The notes under the pieces: model-generated
What the model was told of the DNA's origin: nothing
Databases searched by the model: none
The model's input: only the letters and a program-made list of their open reading frames with translations
Assembly: GCA_043228905.1 (NCBI GenBank)
Contig: JBHGNT010000013.1
Location: forward strand, 2,232,001 to 2,296,000
Source: Azolla caroliniana
Lineage: Eukaryota > Plantae > Polypodiophyta
Length of the DNA stretch: 64,000 nt
Direction of reading: 5' to 3'
Made by a program: the position numbers and the translations under genes
Shown here: positions 1 to 12,598 of the stretch, piece after piece
Numbering within the stretch: position 1 is the stretch's first letter
Layout of the letters: each line of letters starts with the position of its first letter

Positions 1-1
1 G

Positions 2-373
2 TTGCGGTTTCGATGGACCGGACCGTTCTGGATCACCAAGGAGTACAATGGGTCGTATCATCTCGGCACGTTGTCTGGAGATGTCATCGGCAAGTGGGCA
101 AATGGATTTCGGCTAAAGCCGTATAAGGGAAATATGCCAGCCAACCCGTTCAAGCGAAACCCGGAAACCCGGCAAGATGAGGAACCGACACCGACAGACG
201 CTGCTGAAGATATTCGGACCGAGGAAGAACCGACACCGACAGACGCTACTGAAGATATTCGGACCGAGGAAGAACCGACACCGATACTGACGAAGACTAT
301 CCCAGAAAACCGACAGAAGGATCCGGTATCCACACGAACCGACCCGAACAAATCGGGGGGGACCAACAAATGA
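2..373 (+). CDS. Gypsy integrase C-terminus with 45-bp (EEPTPTDAAEDIRTE) repeats; partial
   Basis: ORF translation: GPY/F module and about 2.5 copies of a 15-aa repeat. Confidence 0.8.
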   Translation: MRFRWTGPFWITKEYNGSYHLGTLSGDVIGKWANGFRLKPYKGNMPANPFKRNPETRQDEEPTPTDAAEDIRTEEEPTPTDATEDIRTEEEPTPILTKTIPENRQKDPVSTRTDPNKSGGTNK

Positions 374-391
374 CGTGGTCCAAGCAAAAGG

Positions 392-471
392 AAAAAAATA
401 AAAAATAAAATAAAATAAAAATAAAAAAATAAAATAAAATAAAATAAAATAAAATAAAATAAAATAAAAAA
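392..471. repeat. (AAAAT)n microsatellite
   Basis: Seen directly in sequence. Confidence 0.95.
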
Positions 472-847
472 TGACGTGGGCAAAATCGACGCGAATCATC
501 GTAATGATGGGGAGATCACAAGAGGTGGGAGCGCCACCATGCAACGAAGAGGCGCCATGCATTAAAGAAGGACGTGCGCGGACTTGCTATTTAAAGCATG
601 GAACGTGGGCACTCACACGCGGCAAACAAGAAAGGACATACTAATTATGGCGGGAAAGGAACATGCGCGGGAAACGAAAAAGGGCGGCTCGAGGCACAAC
701 CCACTATATAAGACACAGGCCTGCGAAGGGCTCACTTTTTACGAATTTTCCTACATACAGGCGCAGAAGCACAGAAGAGCGACCTGACACACAGAGCACA
801 CACAGCGCGATCCCGAACAACAGGCAGCAGACGAAGAATTCGGAACA

Positions 848-3751
848 ATGGTACTGTCGGAAGAGGCACGCCAATGGATGAGGGAGAACGGGTTAAAAGG
901 ATTGCTGCGGATCGCCGACGCTCCACCACACGCAGAACCAGAGCAGGCAGCAGCATCGATCGATATATCAGAAGTCACGGAAGGAGCGGTGCAGGCGCTC
1001 ACGGGGATCAAAGCAGGAGGACTTCAAACAATCGAAAACCCTTCCAGTGAAATCCTGTTTGAATATTTCGGGGAATACTCTATCAGCAGCAAGGCGTACC
1101 GAACGTAGGGCGGAGAGAACCTGCTGTTCGGAGAAGTGGCCCGCGCTATGATTGAATACGGATTCGTGAATCCCCGTCCCCCAGCCATAGCCAAATACCG
1201 GGCAGCATTCTTAATAGCAGCGTACGAGGGCTTACAAATAGACTGGCTCCATTTCATAACCGAAGGATTGAAGGAGGCCATCAGAAATCTTGTGGAAGGA
1301 AAAAAGGCATGGGCCGGGATAGCACAATGGCTAACGGTGTTAGTCCCACCGGTGCTCCCCATCACACAAAAGAAAAGAGGTCGGCAGGAGACGACGCCGA
1401 AAAAGGTCACAAAGCGCCGACAGATCTTGGAGAAACACACCCCCGGATGGACCCAGCAAGAAGCAGAACAGCAGGGGGAAGGACCATCCCGACAGCAACA
1501 GGAACCGGCAACAAAGGCAAAACCGGCAGGTAAAGGCAAAGGGAAAGCGGCCGAGGAGGAACCGGTAGCGCGCAAACCAATCCATATAACGCTGCGACGG
1601 CCGGAACCGGAACCAGAGGTCTCTATACAAAAGGTCCGTCTGGTAACCGCACCGGAGGAGGAAACTGAAACAGAAGACTCATCCGAACCATTGGTAAGAC
1701 TCCCAGCAAGACAAGGTCGGGAGAAACGGGCGAAAGGACCGGCTCCACCAGTGGACAGAACTCAGTAGAGGGCGCAAGGACCATCTCCAGTAGCCGAGGC
1801 GGAAACAACACCGGAACCCGTACCCAGGGAAGCAGCACCAACACCGGTTGGGCCGGACTTTAGAAAACCGGTCATCCCAGAGAAGAAGAAGGAACAAGCG
1901 CCGGAGCTAGAGCCAGAGAAGAGGCCGGAAAATCAGCCTGGCTTAAGTGAGCAAGGCCACCCCGACACCGGAAGAACAAAGCCACAATGGCTGAGATGGC
2001 TTTCGGAGCAGTTATCGGGAGTAGCGGACCAGTTAGAGAAAGAAGAAACGTGTAGGCAACAGCTGACGCATACAATAACGCAGGAGTTGGTCGCGCTCCG
2101 AACACAGATCGAGGAAATGCAAGGGGAGCTGTTGCAGGCAAGGGAAGGAATTCAACAAGCACAAGCTGTCACCGAGCCGGTCGGGACAACAAGGAAGCAA
2201 CCAGAACCGGAACCGGAACCGGTAGCCTTGCAAACCGGCCCTGAGACCGAAAAAATAATAGAAACCTTACGAGAGGAGTTAAAAGCTCAGGAGGCATTAA
2301 GGGAAAGAGAAAGGGAGCAGCGGAAAGCGGTGGAGGACGACAGACGAAAAATGGAAGAAGGCCTCCGGAAAGGTCGAGCCGCTTATGACCGACTGCAAGA
2401 AGAAAAAGAGAAGCTGCAAAAGGAGAAGGACCGACTACGTCGACATGCCGAGCAAGAGATAGAACGACTGCAGGAAGAACTCCGACAACAGAAGGACCGG
2501 GACGATCGGTTAAGAGCTCAGGCAAACCGACGCCTGAAGCAGAAGACGGAGGACTTCGACCGTCTCTACCGAGATCACAAGCAGGCCGAGTCGGACAACA
2601 AAAAACGGGCAGCAGACTACGACCGGCAAATAGAGAAGCTGAAAGAGCAGCTCAAAGAGACCCGATTAGACCTGGCGAAGGCGATGGATGAGGTCAGTGC
2701 CAACAAGGAAGCATTGTCGGCGGAAATAGCCCAAGCAACGGAGAGAAGGAAGGAGTTAGAGGCGCTAAGGCGGGAAAAGCTGGACCTGACCAAGATCAGG
2801 AATGAAGAAAAGGAAAAATCGACCTTCACGATCAGCAAACTGCAGAGTACCTATGAAAAGCAGAAAGCAGATTACGAGGCCCAGGCTCAGATAATGGCCG
2901 ACATTATAAAACGGGCAAGGAAGGAAAAGCAGGAAGCTTATGCGCATGCTAAGGCAGGGGTTGACCGGATCAAGCTCATCATGTCAGGATGGAGTACTCG
3001 AGCTCAGGCAAGCATCAACGAAAGTACGGAAAAGCTATGGAAGGAGTGGTTACGACAGGCAGCCGAGTTGCAGACACTACGAGCGGATGCCGAGAATCGG
3101 AGGAAGACCGATGACAAGTTCTACAAGATGGATGAAGAAAGTGTCGTCGCCATTCGGGAAGAATTGTCGGAGGATTTCTACACTTTAGCAGAAGAACACC
3201 TCAAAGAAATCCGAGGGTTGGTAGAGAGGTTGGATGACGGGCAGCTCGCAACTCAGTTGGAGTTGGAGAGATACGAGCAGGACCGGTTACGACAGGAAGC
3301 TAAGGGAAGAACGACGCCAATCACAATAAGTGAGGGAGAGCGACCGGCTGCAGATGAACCAACCGACACCAAACAACCCCGACGAGGAATACCCGAAGAC
3401 GAACTTGAAGAAGAGCAGGAGCAGACCGATGCCGGAGAAGAAGAAGAGCTGAGACCGGAAGACACCAGAGCAGAGGAAGGAGGCATATCGAGTCGACCAG
3501 TCGAGACCGGAGAAAGCGACACCGGTAACAGAACAGAGCCAGGAACGGAGGGAGAACAGGAAGAACCCGGACGAAGCGGTGAGGAAGCACCGGCACCATA
3601 GAATCAAGCAGAGCCGGAGCAGCAAATTTTTACGGAACAGCCTACCCAACCGGGGGTCGGAGACCAGCTAGGCAAGGAACAGGAATAGGAGGAAGAAGCA
3701 CCACTGGACACCATCAAGCAAAGTGTGCTCGATATTTTGGAGGAAGACTGA
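848..3751 (+). pseudogene. Extra (env-position) ORF of Gypsy A: globular N-terminus, long coiled coil, acidic tail; interrupted by in-frame TAG stops
   Basis: ORFs 848-1108, 1136-1768 and 2087-3601 share one frame, separated only by single TAG codons. The frame lies between integrase and 3' LTR. Confidence 0.75.
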
Positions 3752-3801
3752 GGCCGGGAGTGGATTCGAAGTGCAAGGCACTTTCCCACGGGCGTGCCAT
3801 G

Positions 3802-4191
3802 TGTTGGCCGGTCAGAAGAGCAAGGACAAGTGGGAAGGCGGAATCGGATCGGATGATAGGAAGTAAATAATAGTAGAATTATTATTCGGAGGGACGGATT
3901 CGGTACAGTTGTACCGATCCAGATCCGAACCGATTCGGATGTCGGTTGCCTAAGCGCACCGATTGTAACCTTGCCGGATGCCTATAAAAGGATCCGATGA
4001 TTTGTAAAGTGTTGGGACGGTAGTAATACAATAGTATTTAATGTGTATTTATCTGTATCTCGTATTGTTTACCATCTGTGCTTAATTGTAATCATCTTAT
4101 GCGTGTAACCTAGCATCCAATCCTTACCACCCCTTTGGAGAAGTGTCGGATAGACACCTGTGTTGAGGCTAGTCCGGCCAGACAGACAACA
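3802..4191 (+). repeat. 3' LTR of Gypsy A
   Basis: TG...CA termini, TATAAAA near 3984, near-identical to 40834-41096. Confidence 0.85.
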
Positions 4192-4394
4192 TGCCAAACC
4201 GGCTCTGCCAGATAGTAACAGTAAAGAGAAGAAAGTTTAATGGAAGCCTAACATAGAGAATAAGCATACCCATGAGAGAGAGAGAGAGAAACATAAAACT
4301 CTATTAAAAAATAACACTTTGTAACTATGTACATAGAATGTGCTCGAGAGAGCACTTTTATACAAGTCCATAAAGGACTGACAAAAATACTGAT

Positions 4395-5330
4395 GGGTAC
4401 TTCGTCCAAGCACCGAATACAGGGTTCTTGGCGAGCTGTATGCTGCTTACGTTGTCACAATAAATCAAGATTGGGCTCAGCACCGCGATCAAGAGGTCTC
4501 ACAGGAGTTGCCAACGCTAGATGGCTTCACAGGTGGCGATGGTAGCACCCGGGTATTCAGCCTCAGTGCTCGATAGAGCCTCTCTTGGCTGCTTTTTGCT
4601 GCTCCATGCAACAACCGCCCTACCAAGAGAAAACATGTAACAGGAGGTGGATTCGCGATCTGAAGCATCACCAGCCCAGTCGGCATTGGTATATCTGACT
4701 AGCTTCCCAACGATACCATGTTGGTATAATAGTCCCCGGCCTTCGTGCCGCTAACATACAAGAGTATCTAGTGTGCGCACTAAAGGTGCTCGACGGTCAG
4801 CTTTTGCATGAACTGGTTGATCACTCCGACCGAGTAATTGATGTTCGGTCGAGTGATTGGCAAGTATATGAGGCTTCCGACAATTAATCGGAACTGTTTC
4901 TCATCGCAAGCGGGACCGGAGTCGAGATAAAGCTTCAGGTTCCAGTCTCGGGGTGTGGAGATCTCTCGACATTCCATCCTGCCGAACTTGTACAGTATAT
5001 TCAACACATACTGTCTTTGTGAGAGCAATATGCCATCGGGGGGTTCGGATTACCTCAATACCAAGAAAATAATGAAGGTCCCCCAGGTCCTTCGTTTCAA
5101 ATGCGTCCGACAACTAGTACTTCACTCTGCCGATTTCATCTAGCCCGGGTTCAGTGATGACTAAATCATCAACATATAGCAGGATACAGACCGAACCATT
5201 CGGACGTTTCCGGATGAATAGTGATGAGTTGGACTTTGAGGCCGCAAACCCCATCTTACGCAACCGGTGCGTGATCTTCGCATTCCAATCTCGGTGGGCT
5301 TGCTTCAGACCGTAAAACAACTTCTTGAGT
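4395..5330 (-). pseudogene. Degenerate Ty1/Copia RT/RNase H fragment
   Basis: YGLKQA, ILLYVDDL, DLGDLHYFLGIEV and VGSLIYL motifs in shifted frames. Confidence 0.85.
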
Positions 5331-5479
5331 CATGTGCATGTAATGGTTAGTTTGATAGGTTCGAATCTTGCCATGTGCATGTAATGGTTAGTTTGATATT
5401 TTCTTCTTTTTTCTTCATATTTATTCAATCGGTTATTTTATATTATTTTCATGTAGTGTACTAGATACACTACGACACT

Positions 5480-8290
5480 CGCCCCCTCCGAAACCACAAA
5501 TCCTCCGCCATGTGCCGAAGTTGTCGGTGATTGTTAGCCTTCTCCGTCCGGTCTCCGCCTGGTTGGTTTCGTCACTAGTCGTTTTCGGTTGCCGGTTCCG
5601 TCTGTTCGCCGGCTTTCAGTTGCTTCCTCAACCCGGTTTCCGGTTACTGGCCCTCGAAATTCTTCCTTACTTTTAGTACGCTCCGTTTCTCTCGCTATGT
5701 CGACTTTGTCTCTCCATTTCGAGCACAACCATTCTTTCCACCCAACCCATTTTCACCATCCGATCCACCATAGTCTTCGTTCACTCTTTGCATAGCCATG
5801 GCTGATTGTCGCAACTCCTCGTGCTCTTCTTGAGCATAACCATTCATGTCTTGTCAAATTTCCTTGGCCCGCTTGGTCCTTCTTATCCGTGGTAGTGCCT
5901 TTACTTGGCCTTGTCCTTGTCTTTATCAATGTCGAATTCTCTTCGAATCTCTGGTTGAGTCGGATTAGCTTCTTTCCAAATCGGTGTCGTCCGATCGTCT
6001 TTCGGTTGGATCGGCTTCCGTTCCGATTTGGAGTTGGTTGATTGGTTTTTACCGATTCGGCCCCCTTTCGGATCGGTTTAGACTGATCGGTTTCTATTAG
6101 TATTTGCTTCCTTTTCCTTGTTTTCACCGGCCTCGACCGGTTCGACCTCCGGTATTTCTTTCCGGATCGGTCTCGTCTAGTCGGCTTTTGGTTGGAATGA
6201 TTTCCGTCCGCATGGAACTCGACAAATTGGAGTTTGTCCGAATCCACTTTTGCTTGCTTTAGCTTTCGTTTAGACCGGAATTCCGGCCGGATCATCTTGC
6301 GTCCGGACCCACTTTCGGCTTTACATTCTTTGCTCCCACCTCCCATCTCTCTGGTCTCACGTTGGTTCTCAGACACAACCGCCGAAGTTTCTAGAATTAC
6401 TGGGTAGGAATCCTCGGTATTATCGTCCTCCATCGTTTCACCCATAGCCACCTTCTCGGCTATCTCTCCATCGTATGCATCGTCTTCGACCTTTGTTTTC
6501 TCTCCGTCTCTTCGGTGTCACATTGTCTTCCAAATGCAACTGCGAGAGTCTCTGGAATTGGTGATGGGAAATTCTCAATATGGTCATCCTACATTGATTC
6601 ATCCATAGCCACCTCTGATTCGATGTAATGTTTTGTGCGACTTCCTTAATCAAGTCTGCCTCACACTCTTTATCTCCATCAATTATGAAAGCATCTATTA
6701 TGCTTACCTCTTTCTCAACCAATGTCTTGAACACTCGTATCCCGAAATCTTCTTCTACACTTGAAGTGGTGTTCCCCACTCTTAGCTTATCAGCCTTATT
6801 GTTCGCTATCATTCTTTCGCAAGACAAGAGGGTATCTTGTTCTACACCCTCTCCCGTGGTACCTTCATATTGTATTTCGGCCTTCATGTCAGCTACATCG
6901 TTTGTCCTCAATCGACCATCCTTCATGAGCCATGTGCTTGTTGACAAGATTTTCATATTCCTCTCATCATGTCTCCCACATACCCTTCCGACTTCGGCCC
7001 AATCCTCGGTAAGACCGTTCGCACCATCATCATCTTTAAGCTCGATCCCGATGTCCATCTTTTTTTTCCGATCAATCGATCTTACAAACATTAGGACTTT
7101 ATCCTCCCTCACCAATCCTTTTTCCCGCTCCGAGAGTCGAGCAAAACGATGTGTTGGGAGACGGGTCCCTCCGGATGGGAAGGGAGAAGAACAGTGTCGA
7201 CGAACAATCGGAAGCCGAGGCCGACAGGCCGAGGCCGAAATCGGAAGAGGAGTACCCGGCTACGGAGAGCCGTATGATACAGACCCGGTATGAACCGGAT
7301 GAGGAGTACCTGTCTACGGAGAGCCGGATGGTGCAGACCCGGTATGAACCGGATGAAGAGACATATTCGTAAATATGTTTCTGAGAGTCCATCGAGGCTA
7401 TATTTGTAAATAGCCGAAAAGTCATATTAGTATAAATATGACTTAGCGCAAACTTTTAAGATGAGTTGTAGTTGTTATTTTCTTGTTGGTGTAAGAAGAG
7501 AGAGCGTGTAACAGTGTACAGGTTGAGAGAGAGAAAGAACGAGGTCGTTGCCTCTGTTGTAACCGCCGCCTGTGGCGATGATCGTGAGCACGAGGTCGTT
7601 GCCTCCGTGAACTCACTATTTGTACATTCCAATATAGTGATAGTTTGCAGCCTGTGGGCTGCCGTGGTTTTTCCCTCAGTTTGGGTTTTCCACGTAAACA
7701 TCCTGTCTACCTTTTCTCTCCTTTGTGTCGTGCATTTGTTTCCCGTTTTCTATGTATGATCCTAAGCTCGGTTGTGGCCGAGCGTTGCACAAAGGGAGCG
7801 TTGAGTTCCCGTCACGATGCTCGAACTCTAGGAATGCTTCCGTTGCACTTCGGTGGGTCTTCCCTGATGCCACCCATTCATCGAACGCTCGCCTATCTCG
7901 TCCCTTCAATCTCTCGTAGTCATATGCCTCTCGTAAAGCTTCTTCAAAGGACCCCCATGTTGGGTTTTGTTGCCGTATCTTGTAGATTCTCTCTTGTAAC
8001 CCATCTGTGACTACCCGGCTGAAGGATATCACTTGCAATCCTTCCGGTATCCCACATCGCCTCAACGCTACCTCGTATTCACCTAGATAGCGTGACACAT
8101 CATTTCCGTTGAATTGTCCGTTTCTTTGCACAAACCACTCTATTGCCGACTTTATCTCCGACATCGCACGTTGCTCTTGTTGCATCCGCTCAATTATCAT
8201 CATCATTATGGTCATCGCCTCTTGTTGATTCTCCATCTCCTTGCCACCCGCTTTCACGTCGGGTTCACCAAATGTGTCGTGCCTTTTAGC
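5480..8290 (-). pseudogene. Degenerate retrotransposon gag-like long ORF interrupted by a solo LTR
   Basis: 7676-8257 (FNGNDVSRYLGEYE...) joins in frame to 6438-7115 (EFEHR|FARLSEREKGLVREDK) once the solo LTR and one TSD are removed. Confidence 0.6.
7152..7814 (+). mobile_element. Solo LTR (Copia family related to the LTR at 53638-54423) with 54-bp internal tandem repeats
   Basis: TGTTGGGAGAC...TCA ends; TSD CGATG at 7147-7151 and 7815-7819. Confidence 0.9.
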
Positions 8291-8299
8291 TCCAAATCG

Positions 8300-8950
8300 T
8301 TGCGTGAGTCGGGTGGGAACCGCTGGAGTTTTAGACTAGGAAGAGGAAGAATTTGAGACAAGTTTATCGCTATGGATAGATTATTAGAAAGAGAGATAGA
8401 AATTTCATCAATCCCAAGAGTGTATTGTATTCGATTAATCAATATTTAGATAAGAATATGTATTAAGATTGAAAGAAAGAGATTAAAAAGAATTTGTGAA
8501 TCCCACAAGTATAGATTATGTCGTGAATCCCACGAATATAGTTTGTTAATTGGTGTTTTAGGAGATATATCCAGTTTCCAAATAATCCACACACTTATTA
8601 CATTGTCCTCCCCATCCTTATATGGTGATGAGAGAGTCTTCACAATCCATGCTTAAACTTTATGCTTTCCCTATCAATATACTATATGCTTTATTTAACA
8701 TGCTTTTTCTAAAGTGAACATGCTTTTCCTAATATGTGCGTTTTTTATTGACTATAGTGATGATGCACACTACATGTGCATGTGTAGCCTTTTCTTTTAT
8801 CATGCATTCTTCTAAAGTTTATCCTAGCGTGAACTTACGTTTTTATGTGGGACATCTACTTTTTAACACTAATGAAATGCTAGTGAAATGGTAAGACATT
8901 ACATTATTAACATGGAGGTGCAAGGTTCGAATCTTGCCCTATGCATGTAA
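8300..8950 (+). repeat. Dispersed ~650-bp non-coding repeat ending in a tRNA-like A/B-box module (copies near 12670, 37380, 48100, 51900)
   Basis: Near-identical copies by eye; TAGTGAAATGG at 8881 and GGTTCGAATC at 8924. Confidence 0.7.
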
Positions 8951-9059
8951 TTCTTATTTTGATATTTTCTTCTCCGAATCTTGAACCGAATCAACTTCCT
9001 CCGATTCATTCCAGGTTTTGTCCGAGTTGGTAGTCTCCAACTCGTCTTCCGTTTTTAGG

Positions 9060-9398
9060 CCCTTCACAGGTGGCGATGGTAGCACCCGGGTATTCAGCCT
9101 CAGTGCTCGACAGAGCCACTCTTGGCTGCTTTCTGCTGCTCCACGCAACAACCGCACTACCAAGAGAAAACATGTAACCGGAGGTGGATTCACGATCCGA
9201 ATTATCACCAGCCCAATCGGCATTGGTATATCCGACTAGCTTCCCAGCGATACCATTTCGGTATAATAGTCCCCGGTCCTTCGTGCCGCTAACATACAAG
9301 AGTATCTAGTGTGCGCACTAAAGGTGCGCAGCGGTCAGCTTTTGCATGAACTGGTTGATCACTTAGACCGGGTAATTGATGTTCGGTCGAGTGATTGG
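9060..9398 (-). pseudogene. Copia RT/RNase H junction fragment
   Basis: GYTNADWAGD...STSGYMFSLGSAVVAWSSRKQ...ALSSTEAEY. Confidence 0.85.
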
Positions 9399-9691
9399 TG
9401 TCATGATATGGCAAGACTCGAGCCCATGACCTTATGCTACATGGGTCGAGCTCTTGACAATTAGATTATACATTGTAATACGTGGAATATTATTTTCATT
9501 TATGTTTTATTATAGAAAATTGATGTATATTTCAGATTTGTCTGGAACAATCTAGAAACTTCAGGAGTATTCCTTAGAACACTATAAAAGGAGGCACAAG
9601 GTATTATTTCGAACCAAATCGGTTCAACGCCAGTCTTAAGCCTCCTAGCTACTGTACATTTTCTTCACATAATATATATCTTTTCTTATCA

Positions 9692-9735
<44 letters not shown>

Positions 9736-11990
9736 TCTCTCCCTCTCACTCACTCTTTCCTTCTCTCGAAAGTTCTTCACCTCTCTTAGCACTAATACTT
9801 CTTTTAGTACTAAGTCCTTCTCTGTCTTAGTACTGTTCCTGACAGTCTGAACCGATTTCTCTACCTTCTGTCTCTCTCATTTCCTACTAATCTCTTATTC
9901 CTCTTTTCTTTTATCCCATGGCCACTGTTAGCGCTGAAGAATATCAATCTGTTTTCTCGGAATTTCAATGCTTGAAAGAGAAGTTCCATGCTTTGGAATA
10001 AGAAAACCAACAGTTGCTGGGGGATCTTCAGCAAATCTCCTTAGAAAAGCAGCAAACGCAACAACAACATGGGGAACTTGCGTTACGCGTGCAACAACTC
10101 GAAGCAACCATCATAGCGATGCAACAACAAGGGCCCGGAACACAAGGGATTTATAAAGAACCCAAGATTGGCCTTCCCACGAAGTTCGATGGAATGCGAT
10201 CGCAGTTCAGAGGGTTCCTTAACCAGGTACGATTAGTTATTCAAATGCATCCTTCCCGGTATCCCACCGATGCATCACGAGTGGGTTTAGTAGGCACTTT
10301 GTTTAGTGGCTCAGCGTTGGCATGGTTCGCTCCACTATTAGAAAAGGAATCTCCGTTACTCAACAATTTTGAAGAGTTTCTAGGTGAGTATAAATCATGT
10401 TTCGGAGATACTGACAACATCAGGACCGCAATCAACAAAATTCAGCGATTACGCCAAGGTGACCGTCCAGCCTTCACATACGCTGCAAATTTTCGCCTAC
10501 TCGCCGCCAATATCCCTTGGGATGATCAAGCGTTGATGGAGCAATTCCGTTATGGTTTACGCAACCACGTGAAGGATTTACTCTTGACCTTCCCCGAAGA
10601 GCCAAAGTCCTTAATAGAAGCAATCACTCGCGCGGTGAGATGTGACAACTGCCTCTTTGAGCGACGTTTGGAACGACACCTACAGATGCCGAGGGCAAGA
10701 TCAGAGCCCACCAACGCCTCAGTGGTAGCAAGACCTTTTCCGAGGGAGTCATATAATGCGCCTCCAGCGAATACTCCGACTCCGATGGAGATTGACACTA
10801 CACGTCGTCGAGGGCCATTATCTGAAGAAGAAAAGCAGCGACGCCATACAAATCGACTATGTCTTTACTGCGGTGGACCAGGACATATTGCAATAAATTG
10901 CCCCCATAGGCCAAGAAGACAGGTAAACCAAATAGTCGTTAGTTCTAATTGTACTAAACCCGAGCCTATTTCAGTAGGGATATCTAATAGTCCTAATAGT
11001 ACTAATAGCCCAGATCTAGCGAACAGATTTGATGTCCTTAGTCAGTTAGAAGAAGAGTTAAACGACTAAGTCTAGCCAAAATAGGAGCCGTTTGGTTGGA
11101 CAACCCTAGATCTGTCCAGCCCATTAGTGGTTCCATTCCCGTACGGGGAGCATATAACCTCGTACGGATCCGACCAGGAGACGAATGGAAGACCGCGTTT
11201 CGCACCAAATATGGGCATTTCGAGTATACGGTCATGCCGTTCGGCCTCACTAATGCACCGACAGTCTTCCAAAACATGGCTAATGATATATTCCGAGATC
11301 TTTTGGATGATTGTTTGATCATCTATTTGAATGATCTACTGGTTTATTCAAAGACCCAAGAAGAGCATGATTCTCATGTACTATTAGTACTAAAACGACT
11401 TCGAGAACATGGTCTATATGCAAAGCTGGAAAAATGCAGTTTCGGGTGCAACCAAGTGGAATTTCTCGGCTACATCATTTCTTCAGAAGGCATCTCCATG
11501 GACCCAGCTAAGGTCAAAACGGTGGTAGAATGGCAGACTTTGCGTTCAGTGCAGGATGTGCAATGCTTCCTAGGCTTTGCCAATTTTTACCGGAAGTTCA
11601 TACAAGATTACTCAAAGATCGTTCTACCTCTCACACAACTTACCAGGAAGGGACAACCGTTCATTTGGTCTGAAGAAACGGATGTGGCTTTCGAGAGTCT
11701 TAAAAAGGCATTTACATCGGCTCCAATTCTAGCTCATGTCGATCCGGAAAAACCATTCATTATCGAAGTTGACGCATCGGATTTTGCATTGGGGAGCATT
11801 GTGTCACAACAGGGGAATGATGAGAAGCTACATCCTGTGGCTTTTCACTCACGCAAGTTTGATGCCGACGAAATCAACTACGAAATTCATGATAAGGAGC
11901 TGTTGGCAATAGTGGATTCTTTTATGCAATGGAGGCATTTTTTGAAGGGATCCTCTCATCCGGTCACCGTATTTAGTGACCACAAGAACC
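9399..11990 (+). mobile_element. Truncated Tcn1-like chromoviral Gypsy 'D' (5' LTR 9399-9844, gag, internally deleted pol)
   Basis: LTR TGTCATG...CTGACA. Gag starts at ATG 9918, has an early stop and a CLYCGGPGHIAINC knuckle. RT/RNase H at 11096-11990. Highly similar to the element at 56729-62482. Confidence 0.9.
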
Positions 11991-12140
11991 TCAGATCCAA
12001 CTTCTTACGCTTCTCATCCGGTACATGCACATATGCTATGCTACCAAAGATCCGAAGGTGTCTCAAATTCGACTTCTACCCCAAAATACAACTCATGTGC
12101 CAACACCTCCTCTTGGATCCGGTTTTGGATGTAGAACCGT

Positions 12141-12598
12141 TGTTACGGGCATGACCATATAATATCCCGTGGTGAGAATTTACCGTAGTATTCTATACAC
12201 GTGGATAAGTGTGAGGGTTAAACCAGAGTGTAAAGAAGGGGAGGATTACTTTTAATCCTCGGGATTGAGACAACCCATTAGGTCAGGTGTGAACTTGCCT
12301 GGGGGCCTTGGGTATCGCTATAAATAAGAGGCCTAGCTACCCTCATTTGATCATCTTCTTGACTACATCGAGACTCTGCTCTTGTGGTGGGTCAACTCTT
12401 GTAGCGAGCGCGCCAGCACCAGGTACGAGTCGACGCCACGGCGGTGGTATGGGACGCCGATCGAGGCTCGAGTCCGTCTCGATCCCTTCGCTCAGGGGTG
12501 GTCGGGTGGATCGGCACCCTTCCTTCTCTTTCTCCTTTCTATCTATCATTTCTTTATCCTTATCTTAAGCTTACTTTAATACTTAGATCTCTAATAAC
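12141..12598 (+). mobile_element. Probable solo LTR (second copy about 51371-51828)
   Basis: TGTTA...TAAC ends and internal TATAAATA. The related segment at about 37300-37320 lacks the insert (empty site). Confidence 0.6.

Larger units (their letters stand above)
1..4191 (+). mobile_element. 3' part of non-chromoviral Ty3/Gypsy element 'A' (integrase tail, extra ORF, 3' LTR)
   Basis: GPF/GPY-type integrase tail (RWTGPFWI...NGFRLKPY) at 2-373. LTR 3802-4191 (TGTTGG...CAACA) matches the LTR at 40834 that precedes gag-pol. Followed by TGCCA. Confidence 0.9.

Noticed and set aside
58-562. Hydrophobic membrane-protein ORFs
   Set aside because: Artefact of translating the (AAAAT)n microsatellite on the antisense strand.
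2087-3601. Host myosin/SMC-like coiled-coil gene
   Set aside because: It lies between integrase and 3' LTR, is intronless, and is in frame with upstream ORF pieces, so it belongs to the retroelement.
5453-5473. Helitron 3' end
   Set aside because: A hairpin is present but there is no CTRR terminus at the expected distance and no Rep/helicase.
8254-8643. Recurrent small ORFs (MINRIQYT..., MKTLSSPY...) as a conserved peptide family
   Set aside because: They recur only because the DNA repeat is duplicated; their ends and frames vary between copies.
8875-8945. Functional tRNA genes at tRNA-like modules (also LTR tips)
   Set aside because: A and B boxes are present but I could not form convincing acceptor and anticodon stems.
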